Origin: Thermoproteota archaeon
Lineage (GTDB): Archaea; Korarchaeota; Korarchaeia; Korarchaeales; Korarchaeaceae
Assembly (NCBI GenBank): GCA_027491915.1
Contig: JAOZGC010000002.1
Coordinates: 352,001-416,000 of the forward strand
DNA: 64,000 nucleotides
Direction of reading: 5' to 3'
The notes under the pieces were generated by a model that saw only the letters and a list, made by a program, of their open reading frames with translations, was not told where the DNA came from and did no database searches. Position 1 is the first letter of the stretch. Each line of letters begins with the position of its first letter. Below, one piece after another: positions 25,808 to 35,518 of the stretch. Both the position numbers and the translations under genes were made by a program.

Positions 25808-26995
25808 TCACCCGGACACCTCCAGGGCCGCGGCGGCCGCCCCTCCTCCCCCGTGGCAGATGGCGGCCACCCCTATCCCGCCGCCCGACTCGGCCAGGGA
25901 GTTTATGAGCGTCAGGACTATCCTGGCCCCGCTGGCCCCGAGGGGGTGACCCAGGGCTATCGCCCCGCCCTTCACGTTTATCCTGTCCAGCGGGACTCCC
26001 ATCTCCCTGGAGAACACCAGCGGGGTCACCGTGAAGGCCTCGTTCACCTCGAACAGGTCAACCTCGTCTACCCCCAGCTTGAGCCTCTCAAGAAGGGCCC
26101 TGACGGCGTGCACCGGGGCCACGGGGAACCTGCTGGTCTCCACGGCCGCGGCGGAGAACCCCAGGAACCTGGCCACCGCGGCCCCCCCCTCGTCCCCCCT
26201 GGAGAGGACCAGGGCCGCCGCCCCGTCGCTCAGCGGCGGGCTGCTGGCCGCGGTGAGTATGCCGTCATCCCTGAACACCGGCCTGAGCCTGGACACGCTC
26301 TCCAGGCTGGTGTCTGGCCTGACGGCCTCGTCCCTCTCCACTATCCCCCACGGAGTCTCCACCGATACCCTCTCCGCCTTCCAGAACCCCTCCCTCTCCG
26401 CCTCGGCCGCCCGGAGGTGACTCTGGACCGCGAACTCGTCGCTCTCCCTCCTTGTTATGCCGTACTCCCTGGCGACCCCCTCGGCCTCCTCCCCCATCAG
26501 GAGGCCGGTCTCTAGGTCGGTCAGGCCGTCGTGCATGAGGGAGTCCGATATCAACTCCCCCCTGAAGGAGTACCTCACGCCCCACCTCCACTCGGGCCCG
26601 AGGCAGAACGGGGCAGAGCTCATGCTCTCCATCCCCCCGGCGACGGCCAGGTCCACCGACCCGGACGATATCGCGGCGGCCGCCGCGGCCAGGGCCTGCA
26701 TCCCGGACGCGCAGACCATGTCGACGGTCATGGCCGGGACGTCCTGGGGTATCCCAGCCCTTATCGCCGCCCACCTGGCCGTGTTGAACCCGGTGAGCGC
26801 CCTGACGACGTGACCCAGGATCACCACGCCCACCTCATCCGGCCCCACCTCGGCCCTGGCCATGGAGGCGGAGATGGCCTTGGCGGCCAGATCGACGGCC
26901 GACAGGTCCTTCAGGCTCCCTCCGAACTTGCCGAAGGGGGTCCTGGCCCCGGACAGCACGTAGACGTCCCGGGGAATTGATACGATCGGTGGCAT
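25808..26995 (-). CDS. Acetyl-CoA C-acyltransferase (thiolase)
   Basis: ARTPFGKFGG, MVCASG, EVNEAF, GGAIALGHPLGASG, ICHGGG. Confidence 0.93.
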   Translation of the reverse strand: MPPIVSIPRDVYVLSGARTPFGKFGGSLKDLSAVDLAAKAISASMARAEVGPDEVGVVILGHVVRALTGFNTARWAAIRAGIPQDVPAMTVDMVCASGMQALAAAAAAISSGSVDLAVAGGMESMSSAPFCLGPEWRWGVRYSFRGELISDSLMHDGLTDLETGLLMGEEAEGVAREYGITRRESDEFAVQSHLRAAEAEREGFWKAERVSVETPWGIVERDEAVRPDTSLESVSRLRPVFRDDGILTAASSPPLSDGAAALVLSRGDEGGAAVARFLGFSAAAVETSRFPVAPVHAVRALLERLKLGVDEVDLFEVNEAFTVTPLVFSREMGVPLDRINVKGGAIALGHPLGASGARIVLTLINSLAESGGGIGVAAICHGGGGAAAAALEVSG

Positions 26996-27103
26996 CGGTC
27001 CTCCCCGCCCCCCATCGGTGAAAAATTATTACTTTTTGGGCCCGCCCGACCCGGGCGGCCCCCTTGGGAAGACTTTTTCCGCCCCACCCCGCGGCCCCAC
27101 CCG

Positions 27104-27754
27104 ATGTCCTGGAGCGTCTTCGACAGGCTCGCCGCCAGGTACGACGCCTGGTACGACAGGCCCGAGAACAGGGCCGTGTTCGAGAGCGAGGCCAGGTGCG
27201 TCGGGGCCCTCCTGGGGGATCTGCCGCGCCCCTGGCTGGAGGTCGGGGTCGGCTCGGGGAGGTTCGCCGAGAGGCTGGGGGTGGATTACGGTGTCGACCC
27301 CTCCGTCGAGATGCTGAAGATCGCGGCCTCCAGGGGGATCAAGGTCTTCGAGTCCACGGCCGAGTCTCTGCCATTTCCGGACGCCTCCTTCGGGGCGGTC
27401 CTCTTCTGCGCGACCCTGTGCTTCGTGGAGTCCCCCCAAATCGCCCTGGCCGAGGCGGAGAGGGTGCTCTTCCCCGGCGGCGGGGTGGTCGTTGGGGCGG
27501 TGCTCAGGGACTCTCCCTGGGGAAGGTGGTACGCCCGGAAGGCCGAGGAGGGGAACCCCTTCTACCGGGAGGCCAGGTTCCTGACGAGGGAGGAGATCGA
27601 GTCCATGGCCGAGGCCGCAGGGCTCTCGCCGGAGGCGTGGCTGACCACCCTAACGCAGCCGCCTGGATCCGGGGGTTACCGTGTCCAGGACCCGATCCGG
27701 GGATACCGGCCGGACGGGGGGTTCCACTGCCTGCTGGCCAGGAAACCCGGGTGA
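27104..27754 (+). CDS. Class I SAM-dependent methyltransferase
   Basis: LEVGVGSGRFA, GVDPS..ML, AESLPFPDASF. Confidence 0.9.
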   Translation: MSWSVFDRLAARYDAWYDRPENRAVFESEARCVGALLGDLPRPWLEVGVGSGRFAERLGVDYGVDPSVEMLKIAASRGIKVFESTAESLPFPDASFGAVLFCATLCFVESPQIALAEAERVLFPGGGVVVGAVLRDSPWGRWYARKAEEGNPFYREARFLTREEIESMAEAAGLSPEAWLTTLTQPPGSGGYRVQDPIRGYRPDGGFHCLLARKPG

Positions 27755-27785
27755 GTCGGGCGGGGGCCAGTCTGCCACCGGCCAG

Positions 27786-28322
27786 TCAGCCGGTTCCACC
27801 CCCCGACCCTTCCTCCCCCCCGGATTCGCCTTCTCCCTCCCCCTCGGACTGGACCTCCCTCAGGACCTCCTTCAGCGCCTCCTTTATCTCCTCGTCGTTG
27901 GCCCCCTCGTCCTTCTTCCTCCTTATCAGATCGGCTATCTTGTCCCTGTGCTCTATCAGGAGGGTCAACCCGGCCCCGGCCAGGGCCGCCCCACCGTACT
28001 TGAGGACGTCGTCCAGCCCGAATCCCTCCGCCTCCCCGGTCACGCTCTTGACCAGGGCGTCGAGGAAACTGTCCTCGTCCGGCTCTCCCTCTCCCCTAAG
28101 CCACGGCGGCGGGGGATACCTCCTGGGGGGTGGGGGCGGGGGGGGCGGGGGCGGCGGGGGACCCCACCTCCTCGCGGGCGGCCTCCGGGCGGCCGGCCTA
28201 GGGGGAACCGGGGGAACCCTGCCGATCCTGGGCGGCCTGGGCGGCCTGGGCGGCGGGGGTGGGAGGGCCCTGCGCGCCCTCCTGGGGAATCTCCTGATCG
28301 GTCTCCTGGGCCTCCGTGGCAT
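27786..28322 (-). CDS. Hypothetical protein with Pro/Arg-rich N-terminus, hydrophobic Gly/Ala segment and acidic tail
   Basis: ATG about 30 nt downstream of minus-strand attttattttt; typical codon usage in the C-terminal half. Confidence 0.6.
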   Translation of the reverse strand: MPRRPRRPIRRFPRRARRALPPPPPRPPRPPRIGRVPPVPPRPAARRPPARRWGPPPPPPPPPPPPRRYPPPPWLRGEGEPDEDSFLDALVKSVTGEAEGFGLDDVLKYGGAALAGAGLTLLIEHRDKIADLIRRKKDEGANDEEIKEALKEVLREVQSEGEGEGESGGEEGSGGGTG

Positions 28323-28432
28323 GTCGGATCTGGGGATCCGGCCGCCCCGGAAAAATAAAATCTTGAGAACCGCTGGTATGGACCAATGGTCCGCGGCACC
28401 AGGTTAAAAGATCCCCTCCGAGCCGCAGCCCA

Positions 28433-29239
28433 ATGATCCGCAGGATAGGATACGTTCAGACCGAGCCCGTCTTCGGCCGCGTCCGGGATAACGTGGACCG
28501 GGCCATCGCGATGGCCTCTTCGGTGGATGCGGATCTACTGGTATTTCCAGAGCTCTTCAACACGGGTTACCTGTTTGAGTCCAGGCGCGAGGTCGAGGAT
28601 CTGGCGGAGCCGGCGGACGGGCGGACCTTCAGATCCCTCTCGGCCTTCGCCTCCGAGACCTCGACCGCGGTGGTGGCCGGATTCGCCGAGAGGGGAGAGG
28701 GGGGGAAGATATACAACTCCGCGATGATGATAGACGAGACCGGGGACCTGAGGTGGGTCTACAGGAAGACCCACCTCTTCGACAGGGAGAAGATCTGGTT
28801 CGACCCAGGGGACACCGGCTTCTCGGTGGTCGAGCTGGCAGGCATCAGGGTCGGAGTCATGATATGCTTCGACTGGATATTCCCCGAGTCGGCCAGGGTA
28901 CTGGCCCTCGGGGGCGCCCAGGTGCTGGCCCACCCGGCCAACCTGGTCCTGCCCTACGCCCAGACCGCCATGTTGACCAGGTCGGTGGAGAACCGGGTGT
29001 TCACCGTTACCGCCAACAGGGTAGGGTCGGACGAGAGGCCTTTCGGCTCCATCTCCTTCACGGGGCGGAGCCAGGTGACCTCGCCCGGGATGGAGGTGCT
29101 GGTCATGGGACCCCGGGACAGGCCTCACGCCTCGGCCGTCGAGGTAGACCCCTCGGAGGCGGACGACAAGTCGATCACCGAGAGGAACGACCTGTTCTCC
29201 GACAGGAGGGTCGAGTTCTACGGGGCCCTGGTGGGGTGA
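28433..29239 (+). CDS. Nitrilase / carbon-nitrogen hydrolase family protein
   Basis: FPELFNTGY (E), YRKTHLF (K), ICFDW (C) catalytic triad. Confidence 0.92.
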   Translation: MIRRIGYVQTEPVFGRVRDNVDRAIAMASSVDADLLVFPELFNTGYLFESRREVEDLAEPADGRTFRSLSAFASETSTAVVAGFAERGEGGKIYNSAMMIDETGDLRWVYRKTHLFDREKIWFDPGDTGFSVVELAGIRVGVMICFDWIFPESARVLALGGAQVLAHPANLVLPYAQTAMLTRSVENRVFTVTANRVGSDERPFGSISFTGRSQVTSPGMEVLVMGPRDRPHASAVEVDPSEADDKSITERNDLFSDRRVEFYGALVG

Positions 29240-29298
29240 TCCCCTCCGGCCGCGGGGGACCGACCTCGGGACGCCGCCGGACCAGGCGGGGCCGCCGA

Positions 29299-29679
29299 TC
29301 AGCGGGCCCGGCCCCCGCGCCGCCCGAGCTCCCTGACTATCAGGTCGGAGAGCTCCCTGGCCTCCCTCAGCAGGCGGGCCGCCTCCTCCCCCCCGAACAG
29401 GTGTGGCCTGTGATCCGCCCTCTTTCTCTCGGTGAACAGTTCCAAGAATTTTTTGGCGGCTTCTCTGGCCTGCCTCTTGCCGATCAGAGGTTCTAAGCTC
29501 CTCCTTAATGCGTTCGCTATCTTGACGTCTTTGGTCGTCCTCAGCCCCGGGAGGTGGGCCTCGGCCAGCATCCTGACGGCGAAGTATGCGGCGGACACGG
29601 CCTTGTTGTAGTTCCCGCAGGTCAGGTCGCTCTCGGCCTCAGCCATCAGGACTCTCGCCTTCTCTACCGCGTCGGTCAA
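29299..29679 (-). CDS. HEPN domain protein
   Basis: TTG at 29679 after ggaggagg; AESDL..GNYNKAVSAAYFA; R-x4-H motif (RKRADH). Confidence 0.8.
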   Translation of the reverse strand: MTDAVEKARVLMAEAESDLTCGNYNKAVSAAYFAVRMLAEAHLPGLRTTKDVKIANALRRSLEPLIGKRQAREAAKKFLELFTERKRADHRPHLFGGEEAARLLREARELSDLIVRELGRRGGRAR

Positions 29680-29980
29680 CCCTCCTCCCACCGGCCCGGA
29701 TGAACATCTCCACCGCGTCCCTCTCCTCCTCGCCCACGACCAGCGGGTTGATCCTCTCCCCCGCCCCGGAGGCCGCCTCGGCCACCACCCCGGCGTCCCC
29801 CGGCCTAACCTCGCCCAGCACCACCAGGCAGTTGCTCTCGTAGACCTCCTCCCCCGGGTCGGGCAGGGCCACGACCCCAACCAGCCTGTCCCCGAACCTC
29901 TCCCTGAGCTCACCCGCGAACCTGAACACGGCCTTCACCCACTCGGGGGGAGAACTGGCCTCTATAGCTATCGGCAGCAT
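29639..29980 (-). CDS. Minimal nucleotidyltransferase (MNT)-like antitoxin, degenerate
   Basis: LRERFGDRLVGVV...YESNCLVVL fold pattern; overlaps the HEPN gene. Confidence 0.6.
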   Translation of the reverse strand: MLPIAIEASSPPEWVKAVFRFAGELRERFGDRLVGVVALPDPGEEVYESNCLVVLGEVRPGDAGVVAEAASGAGERINPLVVGEEERDAVEMFIRAGGRRVDRRGREGESPDG

Positions 29981-30003
29981 CCTCCCGATATCCGACCCCC
30001 AGC

Positions 30004-31017
30004 TTATAACCGCCTCTCGGCGCCCGAGGCCCGCCTGCCATCCAGACCCCGCCCCGGGAGCCTCCTGATCAGGAAGTCCATCCCGCGGTAGGACACCCTC
30101 GCGACCTCCCCCCCTGCCACGAGCCTGGAGATCACCTCGCCCGGATCGAGGCCGGCGTCCTCCAGGGCCCTCTCCGCGTAGTCCACCCTCATGGGGTGGA
30201 CGGACGTCGTGGCCAGCAGGCCCCCGACCGGATCCTCCCCGAGGGAGAAGTCCGACCCCTCGTACCCGGTCAGTAGGGTCACGGGGGAGTCCAACCCCTC
30301 GGTCAGGATCTGGTGGGCCATCACCAGCGTCCCCTCGTCGGGGGGCTCAACCCACCGCTCCGCCGGGGGCCTCGTGGGCACGGCCAGGTAGGCGGCGTCC
30401 AGCCGGAGGCGTCCCAGGTAAGAGGCCAGCGACCGCAGCTCCCCCTCCGAGTCGTTCAGCCCCCCGACCAGCATGGTCTCGGAGATCAGGATCCCCCCGA
30501 ACTCCCGGGAGAAGTCCGCCAGGGAGTCCAGCCTCTCCCCCAGCGGCACCCTCGGGTGGGGCCTGTTCACGGCCCTCCAGGCCGGCTCCCCGACGGCGTC
30601 CACCTTGACTGACACCAGGTCCGCCTCGGCCAGGTCCGCCCTGACGTCCTCCAGGTGGATCAGGGACGAGTTCGTGATGACCGCCACCGGCACCCCCGTC
30701 TCGGCCCTCACCAGCCGGATCTCCCTGCCCAGGTTCTCGTCCAGGGTGGGCTCCCCGTCCGGGACGAACGTGACGTAGTCCACGGCCCCCGGCCCCCCGG
30801 CTGCCTCGACCGCCCTCCGGACGTCCTCGACGATCCTCTCCACGGGGTAGAATTCCCTCCTCTCGACCGTCAGCCTCTCGGTCCGGCCCAGCTGGCAGTA
30901 GACGCAGGAGTAGGAGCACCACTTGGGCGGTATGTTGTTGACCCCCAGGGACCTGCCCAGCCGCCTGGACGGGACGGGGCCGAAGGCCAGCATCGCCCCA
31001 CCCGGGGGAGGGTCCAT
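30004..31017 (-). CDS. Radical SAM protein (COG0731-like)
   Basis: FGPVPSRRLGRSLG, CSYSCVYC, DGEPTL, INRPHP-like segment; probable start ATG at 30993. Confidence 0.88.
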   Translation of the reverse strand: MDPPPGGAMLAFGPVPSRRLGRSLGVNNIPPKWCSYSCVYCQLGRTERLTVERREFYPVERIVEDVRRAVEAAGGPGAVDYVTFVPDGEPTLDENLGREIRLVRAETGVPVAVITNSSLIHLEDVRADLAEADLVSVKVDAVGEPAWRAVNRPHPRVPLGERLDSLADFSREFGGILISETMLVGGLNDSEGELRSLASYLGRLRLDAAYLAVPTRPPAERWVEPPDEGTLVMAHQILTEGLDSPVTLLTGYEGSDFSLGEDPVGGLLATTSVHPMRVDYAERALEDAGLDPGEVISRLVAGGEVARVSYRGMDFLIRRLPGRGLDGRRASGAERRL

Positions 31018-31079
31018 TTAATCGGGTGTTAAACGTTGAACGTTCGGAGCCGGCAACGAAATAAGGTACCCCCCTCGGG

Positions 31080-32012
31080 ATGCGAGGTGGTGGGTTGGTC
31101 CGCGGTCGGCTCAGATCGGCCGCCCGGTTCCTGAGGGTCTACTCTTCCGCCCTCAGAAAGACCCTCACGGTGATCGGGATCCTCTCCGCCCTGGCGGCGG
31201 CGTCCGCGCTGGCCGCGGGCCTCGATCCTAGGGGGGCCTTCGAGATAGTCCAGGAGATAAGGGCCCCCGAGGCCGCCTCGGAGTGGGTCCTCTGGGGCGC
31301 CGCCTTCGTCCTCAAGCTCAGCCCCGTCCTGGGCTTCGTGGAGGCGGCCGGCCTGAACCGGGAGCAGAGGATGGAGATGGCGGTGAGGGCCATGGAGGGA
31401 CACGTCTTGGTGATAGGTCTGGGTCACCTGGGCGCGAGGGTCGCGAGGCGCCTCCTCGGGTCCGGCGCGGAGGTCGCCGCCCTGGTGCTCCCCTCCGACA
31501 GGGGGTCCAACGAGTGCCTGGAGGACCTGGAGGCCGAGGGCCTGAGGGTGGTCTTCGGGGACGCCACCACCAGGTCGGCCCTGCTGAGGGCCGGGGTGGA
31601 CGCCGCCTCGGCCGTCATCCTGACCATAGACGACGACCTGACGAACGCGGCCATAGCCGACAGGGTGAGGAAGCTGAACCCCGGGGCCAGGGTGGTGGTC
31701 AGGGTCTTCAGGGAGGAGCTGGCCGACATCCTGAGGGAGAGCGGGGCCGCCGACGTGACCCTGAGCACCAGCGACCTCTCCTCCGACGCGTTCGCCGTCG
31801 CGTCCGAGCTGGAGGTGCGCGGGGGCGTCCCCGTCCCGTCTCCCGTGGAGGTCTCGAGGGGGCTGGCCGGCAGGTCCGTCGGCGAGCTCGGCCGCTCCGG
31901 CCTCCGGGTGATAGCCGTCCTGGGGCCCGGGGGCTGGGAGCCGGTCGACGGGACCAGGGTCCTGGAGGAGGGGGAGGTGGTCCTGCTCGCCGTGACCCCG
32001 GGGGGGAGATAG
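31080..32012 (+). CDS. Membrane protein with TrkA-N (RCK) NAD-binding domain, K+ transport regulator-like
   Basis: 2 TM helices, HVLVIGLGHLG, GDAT...LLRAGV..A.AVILTIDDD..N. Confidence 0.78.
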   Translation: MRGGGLVRGRLRSAARFLRVYSSALRKTLTVIGILSALAAASALAAGLDPRGAFEIVQEIRAPEAASEWVLWGAAFVLKLSPVLGFVEAAGLNREQRMEMAVRAMEGHVLVIGLGHLGARVARRLLGSGAEVAALVLPSDRGSNECLEDLEAEGLRVVFGDATTRSALLRAGVDAASAVILTIDDDLTNAAIADRVRKLNPGARVVVRVFREELADILRESGAADVTLSTSDLSSDAFAVASELEVRGGVPVPSPVEVSRGLAGRSVGELGRSGLRVIAVLGPGGWEPVDGTRVLEEGEVVLLAVTPGGR

Positions 32013-32046
32013 GCGGGGAGCCCGCCCGGCCCTGGGGCGCCGGGAC

Positions 32047-33852
32047 CTAGCGGCCCAGCCAGCCGGCCTCCACCAGGTCCTCCGCCACGTCCCCCCAGCG
32101 CCCCTCGGGGAGGTCGACCTCCGCCCGGGCGGAGGTCGGGGCCGGCGGCCCGCCCGCCTCCTCGGCCGAGACCGCCAGCGCCAGGTGGAGGGCGGCCCGA
32201 CCGAGCCTGCGGTCCTCCACGTAGCGCAGCCCCCTGTTCATCGGCATCCTCCGCACCATCTCGGGCGCCAGCGGCGGGCAAGGTATCAGCCTGCGGTACC
32301 CCGACCCGCGGCCCCAGGTCCCGGCGGGTCCACCCAGGAGGGCCTCCACCCCCCGGGCCATCTCCCCCAGCCGGGAGGGGTCCGTCCCCGGCAGCCTGGA
32401 CAGGGACTCCACGGCCGCCGCGTACGCCCCCGGGATGAGGGACCTCCTCTCCTCCGAGTCCGCCCCCAGCAGGTCCCTGACGCCGGCCGCTGCCAGCAGC
32501 ATGGCAGATTCCCTGGAGACGGCCTCCGGATCACCGGCCGACAGGGCCGAGGCCACCCCGGCCGCGGCGGCCGCCACGGCCCCGAGGGAGGGGGGGTCCA
32601 GGTTCTGGGGGAGGTCCCCGTCCGTGTGGTAGAACCTGTCCGGCCACTCCCCCACCATGGCCTGGGGCACCCCCACCTCCGGGTCCGCGAAGACCACGTG
32701 ATCGCTACCGCCGGAGAAGGTCAGCAGGTTGACGGCCTCGCGCGCCATCCTCGAGCCCTCGAACCCCTCCACCGACGGGAGGGCGTCCTCCAGGGCCCTG
32801 GCCACCATCGGCGGCAGGTATCCCGGGGAGTAGAGGGGGAACCCGGTGACGTGGAGGGCGCCGCCGGTCCTGGACAGGTCCGACCCCACCATGTCTAGGT
32901 TCAGCGCCCCCGCCAGCCTGCCCGGCAGGGAGGGGTCCAGGTCCAGCGCCGCCAGCGTCCCGGTGAACTCGGGCACCCACCAGACCTTGACCCCCACCCT
33001 CATGTCGGCCGACTCGGAGATCTCCCCCAGGATCCTGGCTGCCTCCAGCGCGGCCGCCGACCCCGAGGCGTTGTCGTGGGCGCCCGGATTTGGGTGGCAC
33101 GCGTGGGCCACCATCAGGAACCAAACGTCCTCCCTGCCCGGTATCTCGGCCTCCAGGATCCCCGCCTCCCCGATCCCCAGCTCGGCCTCCACCTCCACCC
33201 GTACTACCACCCTCCTCCCCCTGGAGAGCCAGGACCTGAGGCGGGCCGCCCACTCCCCCGACACGGTCACGGCCGGCGGCGGCCGCTCCCCGGCGGCCGG
33301 CCAGAGCCCCTCGTAGGGGAACCAGCTCTGGTCCCCCCAGGTCCTGTACTTCACCAGAGCCGAGACCCCGGCCTCCGCGGCCACCCTGCCAGCCCACCAG
33401 GTCCTCCCGGAGATTAGGGCGGCCTTCCCCGAGGCTCCCCCGTAGTCGCCTGGCCTGACCCCCTCCCCCGCGTCCACCAGCTCGGCCTCCAGGGGTCCCC
33501 CGGTGGGGGGAGAGTGGGCCACCACCAGGGTGGGTCTCTCCCGGAAGTCCCCGACCTCCCTCCTCTCGGGCTCCAGCACCTCCAGCCTTCCCCCCCAAAC
33601 CCTCCACCCCATCGGGGCCCTGTATCCCCCCCTGATCAAGGTGGACCCGTCGGCCGGGATGCGGAGGATCCTGGCGGACAGGCCCTCGTCCTCCAGCTCC
33701 CCCCGGAGGAACTCCAGGGCATCCATCAGGCCCGGAGATCCCTGTATCCTGTGGAACTCGGAGAGGCGCCAGGCGATCCCCGCGGCCCTCCTCCCGGAGG
33801 CCAGCTTCAGGGCCCTCCCGACGAACCCGTCCAGCTCTCCCAGGGCGACCAC
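32047..33852 (-). CDS. M28 family metallopeptidase with PA domain (DUF4910-like)
   Basis: AHACHP.PGAHDNASG, WVPEFTG, LNLDMVG, GGSDH, FYHTDGD. Confidence 0.85.
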   Translation of the reverse strand: MVALGELDGFVGRALKLASGRRAAGIAWRLSEFHRIQGSPGLMDALEFLRGELEDEGLSARILRIPADGSTLIRGGYRAPMGWRVWGGRLEVLEPERREVGDFRERPTLVVAHSPPTGGPLEAELVDAGEGVRPGDYGGASGKAALISGRTWWAGRVAAEAGVSALVKYRTWGDQSWFPYEGLWPAAGERPPPAVTVSGEWAARLRSWLSRGRRVVVRVEVEAELGIGEAGILEAEIPGREDVWFLMVAHACHPNPGAHDNASGSAAALEAARILGEISESADMRVGVKVWWVPEFTGTLAALDLDPSLPGRLAGALNLDMVGSDLSRTGGALHVTGFPLYSPGYLPPMVARALEDALPSVEGFEGSRMAREAVNLLTFSGGSDHVVFADPEVGVPQAMVGEWPDRFYHTDGDLPQNLDPPSLGAVAAAAAGVASALSAGDPEAVSRESAMLLAAAGVRDLLGADSEERRSLIPGAYAAAVESLSRLPGTDPSRLGEMARGVEALLGGPAGTWGRGSGYRRLIPCPPLAPEMVRRMPMNRGLRYVEDRRLGRAALHLALAVSAEEAGGPPAPTSARAEVDLPEGRWGDVAEDLVEAGWLGR

Positions 33853-33876
33853 CCGAACCGGATCCCCGCGCCGGGC

Positions 33877-34665
33877 TCAGACCTTAAAATATCGGCCCGG
33901 GAGGGGGCCGACCTCGAACTCGCGGAAGCCCAGCTCCCTCAGGGGCCGCATCGGCCCCCACCGCCCGACGTCCCCCGGGACGACGCCCATCTCCCCCGGC
34001 GGGACCTCCACCCTGATACTCGTCTCCGACAGGACCCTCACCCTCACCGCCGACGCGCCCCCGCCCAGGATGGCCTCCTCGGCGAGGTCCAGTCCCCTGA
34101 GCAGCCTGGGGGTCGCCCCGAATCCCGGGGGGAGCCTGGTCAGCAGGCAGCTCTCCGGCGGGGGGACCGCCAGGCCGGCGGCGCGCGACGCCCTCCTGAC
34201 CTCCTCCCCCGAGAGACCCGCCTCGGCCAGGGGGCTCGCCACCCCGAGCTCCCCCAGGGCCGCGATCCCGGGCCTGTCCTCCCGGAGGTCAGAGAGGTTG
34301 GTCCCGTCCGCCACCTCGGCCCCGGTCCAGGATGCCAGCCTCCTCAGGGCCCTCATCATCCTGAGCTTGCATCGGTAGCACCTGTCCCTCAGGTTCCACC
34401 GGATGGACGGGACCGAGAGGGCGCCCGGGTCCCTCAGGATCAGGTGCCTGACGCCCAGCCTCCTGGCCACCGAGGAGGCCCTCCTGACCTCCCTCTCCGG
34501 GGTGTAGGGCGCCGCCACGGTGACGGCCAGCAGCCCCTCCCCCAGGACCCTGGAGGCGACGGCCGCCAGCAGGGAGCTGTCCGCCCCTCCGGACAGGGCG
34601 AGCACGACCCTCCCCATCGCCGAGAGGCGCCCCTCCAGGGCGGCCAGCCTGGCGCCTACTCCCAC
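33877..34665 (-). CDS. larE: ATP-dependent sulfur transferase LarE (nickel-pincer cofactor biosynthesis)
   Basis: PP-loop SGGADS, DRCYRCK, DGTNLSD..EDRPG, SCLLTR. Confidence 0.9.
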   Translation of the reverse strand: MGVGARLAALEGRLSAMGRVVLALSGGADSSLLAAVASRVLGEGLLAVTVAAPYTPEREVRRASSVARRLGVRHLILRDPGALSVPSIRWNLRDRCYRCKLRMMRALRRLASWTGAEVADGTNLSDLREDRPGIAALGELGVASPLAEAGLSGEEVRRASRAAGLAVPPPESCLLTRLPPGFGATPRLLRGLDLAEEAILGGGASAVRVRVLSETSIRVEVPPGEMGVVPGDVGRWGPMRPLRELGFREFEVGPLPGRYFKV

Positions 34666-34729
34666 CGCCGTCGCCGATCCCCGGGCGGCGCCGGCCCACC
34701 GTTAAAAATCACCCCCGCGCGGCCGCCGT

Positions 34730-35518
34730 ATGGCCTCGGGTCTGAGGTCCGTGCTCGAGAGGCTGGCCAGGGGGGAGCTGACCCCGAGAGACGCCGAGAG
34801 GGCCGTCAGGGCGTGGGCCGTGGAGTCCCTGGGGGAGAAAATCAAGTTGGACCTCGGGAGGGAGATCAGGAGGGGCCTGCCAGAGGTCGTGATGGCCGAG
34901 GGGAAGGACCCCGGCGACCTCCTCCGGGCGGTCGAGGCGGCCGTCGAGAGGTCCGGGATGGTCCTGGTGTCCAGGGTGGGGCCGGAGCACAGGGAGATCC
35001 TGGAGGGGCTCGGGTCCAGGTGGGAGGTGGCCTCGGCCGGCGGGGTCTTCGTGGTCAAGAGGGCCGGCTTCCGGCGGGAGGCCCTCGGGGGGAGGGTGGG
35101 GATCCTGGCCGCCGGCACGGCGGACGTTCCCCTGGCGGAGGAGGTCCGGCTCATACTGGAGGAGGTGGGGTGCGAGACCGTGACCTCCTACGACGTCGGC
35201 GTGGCCTGCCCCTGGCGGACCCTGGAGGCGGTCAAACTCCTCTTGGACGCCGACGTCGACGTGATAGTCGCGGTCGCCGGCATGGAGGGGATGCTCCCAT
35301 CCTTCGTGGCCTCCCTGGTGGACGTCCTGGTGATAGGGCTCCCCAGCCCGGTCGGCTACGGGGTCGGCGGTCGGGGCGAGGCGGCCCTGCTCTCCATGCT
35401 CCAGACCTGCAACCCCGGGCTGGTGGTGGTCAACGTGGGCAACAGCGTGGGGGCGGCTTACGCCGCCGCCGCGGTGGCGGCCAGGGCCGCCGGGGGGCGG
35501 GGGAGGGGGGGAGGTTGA
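34730..35518 (+). CDS. larB: NPN biosynthesis carboxylase/hydrolase LarB
   Basis: D.GREIRRGLPEVV.AEGK, AGTADVP.AEE, DVGVA, AGMEG.LPS, PSPVGYG. Confidence 0.93.
   Translation: MASGLRSVLERLARGELTPRDAERAVRAWAVESLGEKIKLDLGREIRRGLPEVVMAEGKDPGDLLRAVEAAVERSGMVLVSRVGPEHREILEGLGSRWEVASAGGVFVVKRAGFRREALGGRVGILAAGTADVPLAEEVRLILEEVGCETVTSYDVGVACPWRTLEAVKLLLDADVDVIVAVAGMEGMLPSFVASLVDVLVIGLPSPVGYGVGGRGEAALLSMLQTCNPGLVVVNVGNSVGAAYAAAAVAARAAGGRGRGGG

Noticed and set aside
33514-35514. 1087-aa ORF suggesting a giant LarC fusion
   Set aside because: The N-terminal 667 codons overlap larE and larB in other frames; LarC homology starts at TTG 35515
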